Counted from the stretch's first letter, positions 36,821 to 46,527 are shown. The stretch: 64,000 nt of DNA from an uncultured Taibaiella sp. (GCA_964448955.1 CAYUXT010000004.1:36346-100345), one strand, 5' to 3'. Notes: generated from the sequence alone by a model not told the origin. A program made the numbers and translations.

Positions 36821-37680
36821 ATGAAAACCTATATAGTTTGCTTATTGACAAGTCTAAATTGTGTTTGCTGCAATGCAAATCAACATCATGAGAAATACAA
36901 TCAGTTAAAAGAAGCGCACTCAATGGTAAAATCAAAACGGTGTCAAGGTATTATCTCAACACTAACACGGAAATATTAGATATCAATTCTTTTGTTTTGA
37001 GGTATAATTATGAAAACAGTATTGATGGGTCTTTAATACAAATTAACGTTAGGAATAAAAATCTGCCATATTTTAATATTGAAAGGAATATGGTATTCTC
37101 TGTAAAATCATATGATATTTCTTACGAAGAAATTAACCCACATTGCGCATAAAAACGCTCAAATTAGCTATGGCATTGGGTTTTATTTTTAGAAATTGTG
37201 CTTTGTGTACTACAAATTTTTATGTTTTGCTAAATTGGAAATACATATCGGCTACAAAGGTATAGCCTAGACACCCTAAGTGTCACACCCCCCTGTGTAC
37301 TACAAACCACATAAACTGCCTGAGAACGGAATATTTAAAAATTACCCGTACCCTCCTACAATATTTTGAGCCAAAGTTTTTTTAAATTTTTTTAAAAATG
37401 CCACTTTTGCGCAATGTGGGTTAAAAGTAATTATTTGGATACGCCTACATCTTCATCTAATAAAAAATATAAATATCAATGGTTTAATGATTATTCTTAC
37501 ATTTTTAAAAATGATGAGAAGAAATACACAGAAATTCTATTTGAAATGGTTGAGCAATCTGAAATCATTTCAATTGAAAACAATAAAATTGTGAATGTTA
37601 CAAAATCAACAAATCAATTTGTTGAATTCGACGCAAACAATAACCCTGTAAATTCGATACTTACTGAAAGCATCAACTAA
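36821..37680 (+). pseudogene. disrupted lipoprotein-like gene (miniature-element insertion, possibly also a frameshift)
   Basis: The 52-aa ORF 36821-36979 (MKTYIVCLLTSLNCVCC...) is out of frame with track ORF 36940-37152. That ORF and track ORF 37414-37680 become one continuous frame when 37137-37424 is removed (197 + 256 nt = 151 codons). Confidence 0.45.
37133..37424. mobile_element. miniature TIR element (~284 bp) with flanking TTAA duplication
   Basis: The 13-bp perfect TIR CCCACATTGCGCA (37137-37149) pairs with TGCGCAATGTGGG (37408-37420). Each is flanked by TTAA (37133-37136 and 37421-37424). No ORF inside. Internal direct repeat TGTGTACTACAAA at 37204 and 37294. Confidence 0.6.
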
Positions 37681-37740
37681 ATTACAACTAATTGAAAATC
37701 AATAACTAAATTTGTTGTTAGTCAGAATAAATTTTACACT

Positions 37741-38307
37741 ATGCTAAAACTAATAATACCAAGTTCTATTATCATTCTTTTAGCCTGCAACTTTGACAAA
37801 AAGAATGAGCAGACAATCCATTTGCAAAACTCAAATAATGTAATTTCTGACACAACAAATCTAGAAATAAGACTTACAGCAAAATTTAATTCATTTGATA
37901 CAACTATTGAAGTATTATTTACAGACACTAAAAAAACTATTGGTGATAAACAAAAGGAAAATTTTGAAAATTTCGTTTTAAAGCAAGACTTGTTGACTAC
38001 TGAAATTCTTCAAATAATATTTGACTTTTACAAAAGGTCTTATGCTGACTATAAAACCGGTTGGACATTGATTGGACAAATAAGCGATGAAGAACTTGAA
38101 AAACACTTACCAACGCCAACGACACCTGAAAATCTAAAACCTTATATAACCCCAGTAATTATTCATATTCAAAATGAAAAAGAATGCAAGGATGGTACCT
38201 TGGGAATTGAATTTGACTGCACTTGGGATATAGAAAATGGACTAGGAGTTTTAATTAAAGACTGGAAAGTGGTTGAGGCAAGTGTCGCAGAAATTTCATA
38301 CTTCTAA
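37741..38307 (+). CDS. hypothetical lipoprotein
   Basis: 188 aa. MLKLIIPSSIIILLAC has a lipobox-like LLAC. No other motif recognised. Confidence 0.5.
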   Translation: MLKLIIPSSIIILLACNFDKKNEQTIHLQNSNNVISDTTNLEIRLTAKFNSFDTTIEVLFTDTKKTIGDKQKENFENFVLKQDLLTTEILQIIFDFYKRSYADYKTGWTLIGQISDEELEKHLPTPTTPENLKPYITPVIIHIQNEKECKDGTLGIEFDCTWDIENGLGVLIKDWKVVEASVAEISYF

Positions 38308-38616
38308 ATTTGAATAACCATTACTTGCCAACAACATCGTTTCCTTTATAAAACACAATTCCTCTATAGAAGGTAAATAAATAATTTTATATGTCTCCCA
38401 GTTTGGAGGGTGGTAGATTTTTCCAATATTTTTTTTAACTGAAAAAAGCCCCTAAAAGTTTTTTTCTTACTTTTATTATGGACATCTATTCCGATATATA
38501 ATTTATTGAAGTATGTTTTTTTGTATAATCACATTACCATTCTTTACATTCACAAATTGATTGCTAAAATGTTTTAAAAACTTAGTAACTTCGTAAGCAA
38601 ATTAAATTTTTAAAAA

Positions 38617-39351
38617 ATGGACATCAGACAATATGATAACAATAACAACACCACATCAGAAGATGTGTTTGTTAATTATACCGAAGTAAGCGAATCTTAC
38701 ATTGCACGCTATGTATCTAAAGTGTATGGTTGGATGGTTTTAGGACTATCCATTACTGCTGTTATTGCTTTCTTTACGGCTAATTCTTACGCTATTTTAA
38801 ATATGTTTTTTGAAAACAGATTTATGCTTATTGGTTTATTTTTAGTGCAATTATTCTTAGTGGGCTATCTTTCTTTTCGGATTAATAAAATGTCGTTTAT
38901 TGCTGCTCTTTCTGTATTTATACTTTATGCATCACTAAATGGATTAACTTTCGGAGCTATTTTAGCAGTTTACACAGCATCATCTATAGCCGCAGTATTT
39001 GGTATTACCGCAGGTACCTTTGCAGTGATGAGTGCAGTAGGATATTTTACCAAACAAGACCTAACCTCTTTCGGTAAAATAATGATAATGGGTTTAATCG
39101 GTATCGTTATTGCTTCAGTAGTTAATATGTTTTTGGGTAGTTCTACACTATATTGGATTATTTCTTATGTGGGTGTAGGTGTATTTGTAGGGCTTATAGC
39201 TTACGATACCCAAAAAATAAAATCTTATGCCTTAATTGCAGATGAAGAAACAAGAAAAAAAGCAGGTATAATGGGAGCACTTTCTCTTTATTTAGATTTT
39301 GTAAACTTATTCTTAATGTTACTTCGTTTATTTGGCTCCAGTAGAAGCTAA
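38617..39351 (+). CDS. Bax inhibitor-1 / YccA family membrane protein
   Basis: 244 aa, about 7 TM segments. VGVFVGLIAYDTQKIK is typical of the family. Confidence 0.8.
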   Translation: MDIRQYDNNNNTTSEDVFVNYTEVSESYIARYVSKVYGWMVLGLSITAVIAFFTANSYAILNMFFENRFMLIGLFLVQLFLVGYLSFRINKMSFIAALSVFILYASLNGLTFGAILAVYTASSIAAVFGITAGTFAVMSAVGYFTKQDLTSFGKIMIMGLIGIVIASVVNMFLGSSTLYWIISYVGVGVFVGLIAYDTQKIKSYALIADEETRKKAGIMGALSLYLDFVNLFLMLLRLFGSSRS

Positions 39352-39373
39352 ATGATGATTTTAATAAATAAAA

Positions 39374-39410
39374 ATCAGGTAGTAAATTTAAAAATACTAC
39401 CTGATTTTTT
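39374..39410 (+). terminator. intrinsic terminator of the BI-1 family gene
   Basis: ATCAGGTAGTA-(10 nt)-TACTACCTGATTTTTT. Confidence 0.7.
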
Positions 39411-39501
39411 CTTTTACAATAAATCACTAAATTTGTAACCACTAAAGCAATAGCTTTACGCTATTTATTTTTTTTAATAGTAAAACCATAATTAAATATT
39501 A

Positions 39502-40218
39502 ATGAAGAGATGGAAAATCACTGTTGGGGTTGTTCTAACCATATTATTAGCAAGCTCAATAGTGCTTATTGCACAAAATAAGACTACTAAAAAAGAAACC
39601 GACGTTGCAGAAGTGCAGGACTTAAAAGTAATTAAAGAAACCAAAGACAGCAGAGGTTACACAATTAGGGAAGTACAATACAAAGAAGGTGGATTTTTGG
39701 TTACTAAGACCATAGTATTACCTCCTTTTCCCGGATTAGACGAAAGGATACCCGTAAAAGCAGACACACTCATCCAAGATTCTTTAATGATATTAGTGGA
39801 TAAAACCAATTATTTACTTGCAGTAGTGTATCGTCGTAAGCGTATTAGACAATATCGTGCAGGTTTTGGTCCCGATAGACTTCAAGATAAAATGATGATG
39901 GGAGATAGATGTACTCCCGAAGGTTGGTTTAAAGTAGTAAGCAAACGTAACCACAATGTGTGGCAAAAGTTTATATTATTAGATTATCCAAACAATGCAT
40001 CGTACAAAAAATTTAATGAAAGAAAAGCCAAAAAAGAAATTCCATCTGATGCGGCAATAGGCTATGCAATTGGCATCCATGGTACATTTACCGGAGGGGA
40101 AAAATTAATAGATACCGGCATCGGTTGGACAGACGGCTGTGTGGCATTAAAACCCAAAGACATTGTAGATTTATATAAATTTATAGAACCTGGTACAAGA
40201 GTTTATGTAAGAAGATAA
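39502..40218 (+). CDS. L,D-transpeptidase (YkuD) family protein
   Basis: 238 aa with an N-terminal anchor. Catalytic motif IGIHGT...GWTDGCVAL. Confidence 0.75.
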   Translation: MKRWKITVGVVLTILLASSIVLIAQNKTTKKETDVAEVQDLKVIKETKDSRGYTIREVQYKEGGFLVTKTIVLPPFPGLDERIPVKADTLIQDSLMILVDKTNYLLAVVYRRKRIRQYRAGFGPDRLQDKMMMGDRCTPEGWFKVVSKRNHNVWQKFILLDYPNNASYKKFNERKAKKEIPSDAAIGYAIGIHGTFTGGEKLIDTGIGWTDGCVALKPKDIVDLYKFIEPGTRVYVRR

Positions 40219-40307
40219 TAACTAATGCCAAACTACATTTTTATTACTTTTGTGGGTAGTGTAATTCCCTAATTTTGTAACATTATTCATCAAAATATTA
40301 TTTCTTC

Positions 40308-41633
40308 TTGTTACATACTTTTAAAAAAATATTAGAACAAAAAGGTTGGCAAAACAGTAAGATTATCGTTGCTGTTAGTGGTGGAGCAGATAGTATGGCT
40401 TTAGCTTTATTATTGCATCAATCTAATGTACAAATTACCATTGCACATTGTAATTTTGGATTAAGAAATAAAGAGTCTGATGACGATGAAGTATTTGTAA
40501 CCAATTGGGCAAAAGTGCAAAACATTCCTTGTTTTGTCAATCGATTTGAACTCCAAAAATATTTAAGCCAAAATCCGGAAAACATTCAGCTATTAGCTCG
40601 CAATCTTAGATATGAATGGTTCGAAAAATTAAGAACAGAATTGCAATACGATTTAATAGCAGTAGCGCATCATAAATTAGATTCTGTAGAAACCTTATTG
40701 TATAATTTCCTAAAAGGTACGGGCATAGCCGGATTACATGGTATTAAACAACAAAATGATGTTATAATACGCCCTTTATTAGATTTTAGTAAGGAGGAAA
40801 TAATTACTTTTTGTTCAATAAATAATATTGCCTGGCGCAAAGACAGCAGTAATAAAAAAGACACCTATACTCGAAATAATATCCGACATAATTTAATTCC
40901 CTTGCTCAACCAAATAGTACCCAATGCTACCGAAAACCTTTTTAAAAATACCAAAAGATTAGAGGAGGTAGAAATAATTTACAACCAAAGAATAGAACAA
41001 TTAAAAAAGAAATTAATCGAAAATCGAAATAACGATTATTATATTTCTATTAGGAAAATTAAAAATTACCAACCACTATATACTATATTATACGAATTGC
41101 TTAAACCATTCTCTTTTACTGCTGCAAGTATAACAGATGTAGTACAATTATTAAATGCAGAGAGTGGTAAGCAAGTAATTGCAAGCACACACAGAATTAT
41201 TAAAGACCGAGCATTCTTGATAATAACACCTAAAAGCACAGAAGACAGTACCCATATTAATTTAGAAATACTGCAAACGGGTAAATCCGTAATAAAATTT
41301 GGCGATAAAATCTTAGCATTGCAAGTTGTGCCTTCTGTTAAGGATTTAAATACTTCCTCAAATGAAGTGTACGTTAATTTATCCAAAATGGAGCAACCCA
41401 TAATATTACGCCCCAAAAAGACCGGCGATTATTTTTATCCTTTCGGAATGGGTATGAAAAAGAAAAAAGTTAGTCGTTACTTGATTGACCAAAAAGTACC
41501 AATCCACGAAAAGGAAAATGTTTGGGTAATAGAGAGCAATAAAAGAATAGTGTGGGTAATAGGTATGCGGTTAGATGAAAGGTTTAAGATTAAAGATAAT
41601 AATGCAGATGTTGTACATTTTTGCGTAAGTTAA
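40308..41633 (+). CDS. tilS: tRNA(Ile)-lysidine synthetase
   Basis: 441 aa. PP-loop IIVAVSGGADSMAL, AHHKLDSVETLL. The start as given is a TTG, and no in-frame ATG lies upstream of the PP-loop. Confidence 0.85.
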   Translation: MLHTFKKILEQKGWQNSKIIVAVSGGADSMALALLLHQSNVQITIAHCNFGLRNKESDDDEVFVTNWAKVQNIPCFVNRFELQKYLSQNPENIQLLARNLRYEWFEKLRTELQYDLIAVAHHKLDSVETLLYNFLKGTGIAGLHGIKQQNDVIIRPLLDFSKEEIITFCSINNIAWRKDSSNKKDTYTRNNIRHNLIPLLNQIVPNATENLFKNTKRLEEVEIIYNQRIEQLKKKLIENRNNDYYISIRKIKNYQPLYTILYELLKPFSFTAASITDVVQLLNAESGKQVIASTHRIIKDRAFLIITPKSTEDSTHINLEILQTGKSVIKFGDKILALQVVPSVKDLNTSSNEVYVNLSKMEQPIILRPKKTGDYFYPFGMGMKKKKVSRYLIDQKVPIHEKENVWVIESNKRIVWVIGMRLDERFKIKDNNADVVHFCVS

Positions 41634-41696
41634 TTTTTAAAAAAAACCAATAATAGACTTTCAATTTGTTGCATCACACAAAACAATGCTGAAATA

Positions 41697-41728
41697 AATA
41701 ATCCTCGAAAAAAATTTCGAGGATTATT
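41697..41728. terminator. bidirectional terminator between tilS and tsf
   Basis: AATAATCCTCGAAA-AAAA-TTTCGAGGATTATT: a perfect 14-bp stem. Confidence 0.65.
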
Positions 41729-41754
41729 TATAATTTGTAGAATTCTACCTATAA

Positions 41755-42594
41755 TTACCCAATCGCTAAGCGGTGGAATGTATTTACCGTTAAACCGGAA
41801 GATACGCTGTTAAGGTATTCTGCAATAGTTTTGCTATTGTCTTTTACAAACGCTTGTGGTAATAATGTGTTCTCTTTAAAGAATTTATTTAATTTACCAG
41901 CAGCAATTTTTTCTGCCATATCAGCAGGTTTTCCTTCTGCTACTATTTGCTCTATTGCTATTGCTTTTTCGCGCTCTACTACATCAGGAGCAATATTGTC
42001 TGCGCTTATGCCTAATGGATTCATAGCAGCAATTTGCATAGCTACATCTCTACCGGCAGCAGTAATGCTATCGTTATTAGTTTGGTTAAGTCCTACCAAA
42101 ACGCCTATTCTGTAATTACCGTGAATATAAGGAACGACTGCATCTGCGTTTACTTTTTCGTAACGAACGATGTCTATTTTTTCTCCGATTTTAGCAACCA
42201 TTTCAAGTAATTTGTCGCTAACGGTAGCATCGCCCATTGGTAATGCTTTAAGAGCATCTATATCCGCAGGTTGATTGTTCAATGCTATATTGGCAACGTC
42301 GTTAGAAAAGTCAATAAATTCTTGATTTTTAGAAACGAAATCTGTTTCTGCAGAAATTTGTATTACTACACCAAAATTACCTGCGTTGTTTGCAACTGCA
42401 ATTGCTACGCCTTCTTTAGCATCTCTATCGCTACGGTTAGCAGCTACTTTTTGACCTTTTTTACGAAGATAATCAATCGCTTTTTCGAAATCGCCTTCAC
42501 TTTCTGCTAATGCTTTACGACAATCCATCATACCGGCTCCGGTAGCTTGGCGTAATTTGTTTACATCTGAAGCGCTTATGCTTACTGTACTCAT
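41755..42594 (-). CDS. tsf: translation elongation factor Ts
   Basis: 279 aa. VNKLRQATGAGMMDCRKALAESEGDFEKAIDYLRKKG is the canonical EF-Ts N-terminal UBA-like domain. Confidence 0.9.
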   Translation of the reverse strand: MSTVSISASDVNKLRQATGAGMMDCRKALAESEGDFEKAIDYLRKKGQKVAANRSDRDAKEGVAIAVANNAGNFGVVIQISAETDFVSKNQEFIDFSNDVANIALNNQPADIDALKALPMGDATVSDKLLEMVAKIGEKIDIVRYEKVNADAVVPYIHGNYRIGVLVGLNQTNNDSITAAGRDVAMQIAAMNPLGISADNIAPDVVEREKAIAIEQIVAEGKPADMAEKIAAGKLNKFFKENTLLPQAFVKDNSKTIAEYLNSVSSGLTVNTFHRLAIG

Positions 42595-42647
42595 CTTTTT
42601 TGATTTAAGATATGTTTGAAAAAATATAATTGTTTAAAAATAGTTTG

Positions 42648-42655
42648 CAAAGGTA
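42648..42655 (-). promoter_or_regulatory. candidate -7 box (TACCTTTG) for tsf
   Basis: The revcomp of CAAAGGTA matches TAnnTTTG, about 54 nt upstream of the tsf ATG. Confidence 0.35.
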
Positions 42656-42845
42656 AGAAAATAATATGAAATATTAAAAAGTCCAATACACAACAAGTAT
42701 GTGAATTTTACAAATACAAATAGACGTTTAGGAACAAAATGTTAATGTATGGCTTACAAATTAACTAAATGGTAATATTCTATCATTTTACACAGTGTAA
42801 TATAGTTTTATTAATCGTTTTATTTTTACGCAAATAATAATTAAT

Positions 42846-42883
42846 GCCACGAATGCACTAATAGATATTCGTGCATTCGTGGC
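42846..42883 (-). terminator. hairpin downstream of the 42992-44933 operon
   Basis: GCCACGAATGCAC-(12 nt)-GTGCATTCGTGGC: a perfect 13-bp stem, with a T-rich tail on the minus strand. Confidence 0.5.
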
Positions 42884-42991
42884 TATTTATTTATCAAAAT
42901 ATGCTTATTTCATATTAGGTGTCCAAAAATTATTATTACAGTCATTAGTACTCCAAGCTTTTTTGGGTATTATTTTCAATTTCTTATTCTA

Positions 42992-43852
42992 TTATTTTTC
43001 CTTAATGCCATACTCAAATTGTACCACTTTTGAATTCCAAAGCGATAATGTTTGTAACGCTTTTATTTCTTTCTTTTCATTAGTACCGATGATTAATTTG
43101 TCTCGAAACGAACGAATATATTGCGCCCAATAGTTTCCTTTTGCATCGTTTAGTAAAAAATAAAAACCGGCATCTCCGAAATTTTTACCCGAGGAATTTA
43201 AAATTAACGCTCCATTTTGGGTTACTTCGGGTGTCATAATTACGGTGGCATTGCCTTTGGGTAAAGGAAATACGGCTTTTATACAAGTTTTGCCGGAGGC
43301 TAATGTGCAAGTACTGTAAATACCGGAATATATTACTTGTCCGGTAGCAGCAAAAGTTCTGAGCCAAAAGGTATATTTTACTGTATTGTCGTTGGGGGTT
43401 AAGAGTGTAATTATTTCGCTTGTAACAGCTTCGGCATTGTCTGTATTCTTTGTAGGGATATTTAATTGGTTTATTCTTTTGCTAAATAATCTATTGACTA
43501 ATATCCCGAACAATTTAAAAATTGGATTCCACTTTACATTTAAAGCTAAATTATATTGTGTTGTGTGTTCGTAAAAATGAATTATTTCTTTGGATAAATT
43601 TATATACTCTTTTGCTGAAAAATTTAGGTTTTCCATAGAAGGAATTAAACCATTGCTAAGACTGTTTTTTTGAATAATTAGATTTTCCTTTTCCGACAAT
43701 TGTTTAATAAAATCTGTACCAATTCCCCCTAAATTACCAAATGGTCCCATTAGCCAAGGATATGCTTTAGGATTTATTTTTTTACCCCAAAGAATTACCC
43801 ATTGTTGGGTAAACCAATCTTGGAATTTTTGCATTGGGTAAGCTATATCCAT
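42992..43852 (-). CDS. hypothetical protein (possibly DUF4166-like)
   Basis: 286-aa track ORF, 1 nt downstream of the preceding gene. The family guess is from weak memory only. Confidence 0.45.
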   Translation of the reverse strand: MDIAYPMQKFQDWFTQQWVILWGKKINPKAYPWLMGPFGNLGGIGTDFIKQLSEKENLIIQKNSLSNGLIPSMENLNFSAKEYINLSKEIIHFYEHTTQYNLALNVKWNPIFKLFGILVNRLFSKRINQLNIPTKNTDNAEAVTSEIITLLTPNDNTVKYTFWLRTFAATGQVIYSGIYSTCTLASGKTCIKAVFPLPKGNATVIMTPEVTQNGALILNSSGKNFGDAGFYFLLNDAKGNYWAQYIRSFRDKLIIGTNEKKEIKALQTLSLWNSKVVQFEYGIKEK

Positions 43853-43853
43853 T

Positions 43854-44567
43854 CTAATGGTTTTGGTTGAGGTTTGGAATTAAGTTTTTTTGCTCTTTCC
43901 ATTCGCCATATTCTCCAATTGCTCTAAAACGTAAGGTGGTAAATTCAAAATGAAAATCTTTTCTATATCTTTCTTTCATTGCGTCTATATGTCTTTTGGG
44001 GCGTGGTACTGTGCTGTGTCCGTGTACCATATCAGTCATTTCTTTTACCGATTTCCAGATAGAAAAAGTGGAAACAGTGCGCGGCAATCTAATAGAGGCT
44101 AAAGATAGTGTAGTGCCCGGGTGGTCGCGTACTAACATCTCTACAGGTCTGCCCCATTTTATAAAACGAGGTACTTCCGGTAATTTCATTCGGGCTATTG
44201 TTACTGCTACTACAGGAGTATTTTCGCCACTTATTTCTATATTCTCTTTGGGAATGTCGAAAACAGAAATTTTACCCCATTGTCGTAAAAATGTTAATCG
44301 TGTATGCCAACCTTTTGCAAGTGTTTTCCCAAGTTTATTGTTTTCTAAAAAATTGTTTATAGCTTCTTCGTTTTCCCATTGTGCAAAAACAGCTACTTGT
44401 CTCAATAATATTCGTTTTAAAGAAAATACTCCTGCGCCCAAAGTCATTGCCGACATACATTCTGCGTGAATTAATCCGGGAGTATTATTGGCTTTTGGAG
44501 GAAACAATAAAGCCCTTAATGTGTTTAAATAAGACGTTTTTACTAAATGATACGAAAAGATGCTCAT
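43854..44567 (-). CDS. hypothetical protein, weak resemblance to the CrtA (spheroidene monooxygenase) family
   Basis: 237 aa. Segments VVAVTIARMKLPEVPRFIKWGRPVE and TFSIWKSVKEMTDMV recall CrtA-like proteins. Unverified. Confidence 0.4.
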   Translation of the reverse strand: MSIFSYHLVKTSYLNTLRALLFPPKANNTPGLIHAECMSAMTLGAGVFSLKRILLRQVAVFAQWENEEAINNFLENNKLGKTLAKGWHTRLTFLRQWGKISVFDIPKENIEISGENTPVVAVTIARMKLPEVPRFIKWGRPVEMLVRDHPGTTLSLASIRLPRTVSTFSIWKSVKEMTDMVHGHSTVPRPKRHIDAMKERYRKDFHFEFTTLRFRAIGEYGEWKEQKNLIPNLNQNH

Positions 44568-44591
44568 TGTGTAAATTTACTCTATTTTGCT

Positions 44592-44933
44592 TTAGAGGCG
44601 GTTTTTATTTTTATTTAATCTTCTACTGTAAACGTAGTGTAGCTTATTTTGATTTTTAATTTTTTGCCTTTTGAAAAATAAATAAATGATGTGCACCAAA
44701 ATAATTAAAGAATGTGTCCAAAGAAATAGTAAAAGAAAAAACCACCAAACTAATCCGGATCCACCTTCTGACTTATAGTGTAGACCGTACGAAAAGTATA
44801 AACTATAAACTAGGTGAATAGATAGATTAATGATAGCTACCAAAAATTTGTTTTTGCTTTTAAGGAGCAGAATAGTGAACAATAACCAGAAAAGCAGAAA
44901 GCTAAAGAACAGAATTATTTCATCTTCGTTCAT
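44592..44933 (-). CDS. small integral membrane protein
   Basis: 113 aa, 3-4 hydrophobic segments. First gene of the leftward three-gene string. Confidence 0.45.
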   Translation of the reverse strand: MNEDEIILFFSFLLFWLLFTILLLKSKNKFLVAIINLSIHLVYSLYFSYGLHYKSEGGSGLVWWFFLLLFLWTHSLIILVHIIYLFFKRQKIKNQNKLHYVYSRRLNKNKNRL

Positions 44934-45104
44934 TTGTTTATTTCATTTTTTAAACTCAATTGTATGGCTTTTACGTAAAAACTATTGCAATTAAATCAAC
45001 AATTTCAAAGATAACCTAACATAATTATATTTAGTGATTTTGGCTATTTCATATTGCTATAAGTTGAGTCAGTTATATCATTGCAACTATTCTATTCTAA
45101 AGCT

Positions 45105-45638
45105 TTACTTTTGAGTTACCGGAACGGTTAGTTGTATTTTTACTACATCGGGAGTACCACTTTTAGTAATATTATACTCTTTGGTAATTACAGAAAATTC
45201 GCCTTGAAATACACCTTGTTTTCCGTTGTTACTAAATGTAAAAGGAAGCACAATGTCTTTGGTAACGCCTTTAAGCGTTAGTTTTCCTTTCGCTTCATAA
45301 GAATTTCCTTTTTTAGTTATATTGGTGGATTCAAACTTTATGGTTGGGTGCTTATCTGCACCCAAACCCTGACGTGCGTGTTTGTTTTTTAATCCGTTGC
45401 CTGTATTTACGCTGTTGGCATCAATGCTTGCTGATATTTTCGCATTAGCTAAGTCTGCCTCGTTTAATTCGATGTTTGCTTTTAAATTATTAAAAGTACC
45501 ATTTACTCTACCTCCGGAAAACTTAACGGAATATTCAGTCTCTTTTACATGCCAACTTACGGAATTAATAAATGTAAAGGCAGATAGCGTTACTGCCACA
45601 GTTGCTACGATTAGCGTAGAAAATAATTTGTTTATCAT
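45105..45638 (-). CDS. YceI-family periplasmic protein
   Basis: 177 aa with a signal peptide. KGKLTLKGVTKDIVLPFTF is typical of the YceI-like domain. Confidence 0.8.
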   Translation of the reverse strand: MINKLFSTLIVATVAVTLSAFTFINSVSWHVKETEYSVKFSGGRVNGTFNNLKANIELNEADLANAKISASIDANSVNTGNGLKNKHARQGLGADKHPTIKFESTNITKKGNSYEAKGKLTLKGVTKDIVLPFTFSNNGKQGVFQGEFSVITKEYNITKSGTPDVVKIQLTVPVTQK

Positions 45639-45717
45639 TTTGAAGTAATTTTAAAACACAAAGGTCTATCTATTAATGCAAACAAAAATTAAGGTACTTT
45701 AAGATTTGCTTTAGTAG

Positions 45718-46236
45718 TTATTTCCCTGCAATTTTCCGTCTAATTTCACTCAGGTATTCGGGGGTAATGCCTATGTAAGACGCAATTAGTTTTAACGGAA
45801 GTCGCTGTACAAGTGTTGGGTAAGTTTGTGTAAAATCAATATATCTTTCTTCGGCTGATGTGCTTAACAATGCTATTAATCGTTTATTAGTAGCAATAAG
45901 GTTATTACGGAGTTTTATTAAGGCATCTACCAAAATGCTTTTATCCATTTCTGGTACAAAGGAAAATTGATTGACGGGGAGAACCAAGATTTCACTATCT
46001 TCAATAGCTTCAATATAAATAACAGAAGGCTCTTGATTTATGGCACTGTTCATATCCGAAACAATCCAATTTTCGGGAGCAAATTGAATTACATGTTCTT
46101 TTCCTGCTTTATCAACTACATAACTTTTCAGACAACCTTTTTGTACTGCATATCCCGATTTACATATTTCGCCCGAACGCAATAATAAAGTGCCTTTGGT
46201 AACTATTTTTGTTTTAGAGTCTGTAAAATTAACCAT
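45718..46236 (-). CDS. Crp/Fnr-family transcriptional regulator
   Basis: 172 aa. N-terminal cNMP-binding beta-roll pattern and C-terminal HTH LKLIASYIGITPEYLSEIRRK. Confidence 0.75.
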   Translation of the reverse strand: MVNFTDSKTKIVTKGTLLLRSGEICKSGYAVQKGCLKSYVVDKAGKEHVIQFAPENWIVSDMNSAINQEPSVIYIEAIEDSEILVLPVNQFSFVPEMDKSILVDALIKLRNNLIATNKRLIALLSTSAEERYIDFTQTYPTLVQRLPLKLIASYIGITPEYLSEIRRKIAGK

Positions 46237-46437
46237 AATCGAAGGTAAGTCATTATCTGTTGTTCTAAGCTGAAAATTATGGCATATTTCATATTGGTAT
46301 AGCCGATAAAATAGTTTCCGTTTAGTATGATAATTTTACATTTGCTGGTAATCACTTTTTACCATTCAACATAAGTGGAGTAATGCAAAGCTATTGTAAG
46401 TGAGGGCTTCGCTGTACTTTATTCAAAATTAATAAAG

Positions 46438-46509
46438 TAGCCTTGCTAAGAATCGAACTTAGATCTAAAGTTTAGGAAACTTCTATTCTATCCATTGAAC
46501 TACAAGGCC
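46438..46509 (-). tRNA. tRNA-Arg (anticodon CCT)
   Basis: Hand-folded 72 nt: GGCCTTG TA GTTC AATGGATA GAAT A GAAGT TTCCTAA ACTTT AGAT CTAAG TTCGATT CTTAG CAAGGCT A. All four stems pair, the T-loop is TTCGATT, and the anticodon loop is TT-CCT-AA. CCA is not encoded. Confidence 0.85.
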
Positions 46510-46527
46510 GAAAAATCTGAAACGGTG

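Noticed and set aside
36501-36935. 144-aa minus-strand track ORF overlapping the 3' end of the RAYT gene.
   Set aside because: It is antisense to a gene with clear HUH/Y1 motifs and has no motif of its own.
42879-43133. 84-aa plus-strand track ORF overlapping the 3' end of the 42992-43852 gene.
   Set aside because: It is a hydrophobic low-complexity peptide antisense to a longer ORF, and it begins inside the terminator hairpin region.
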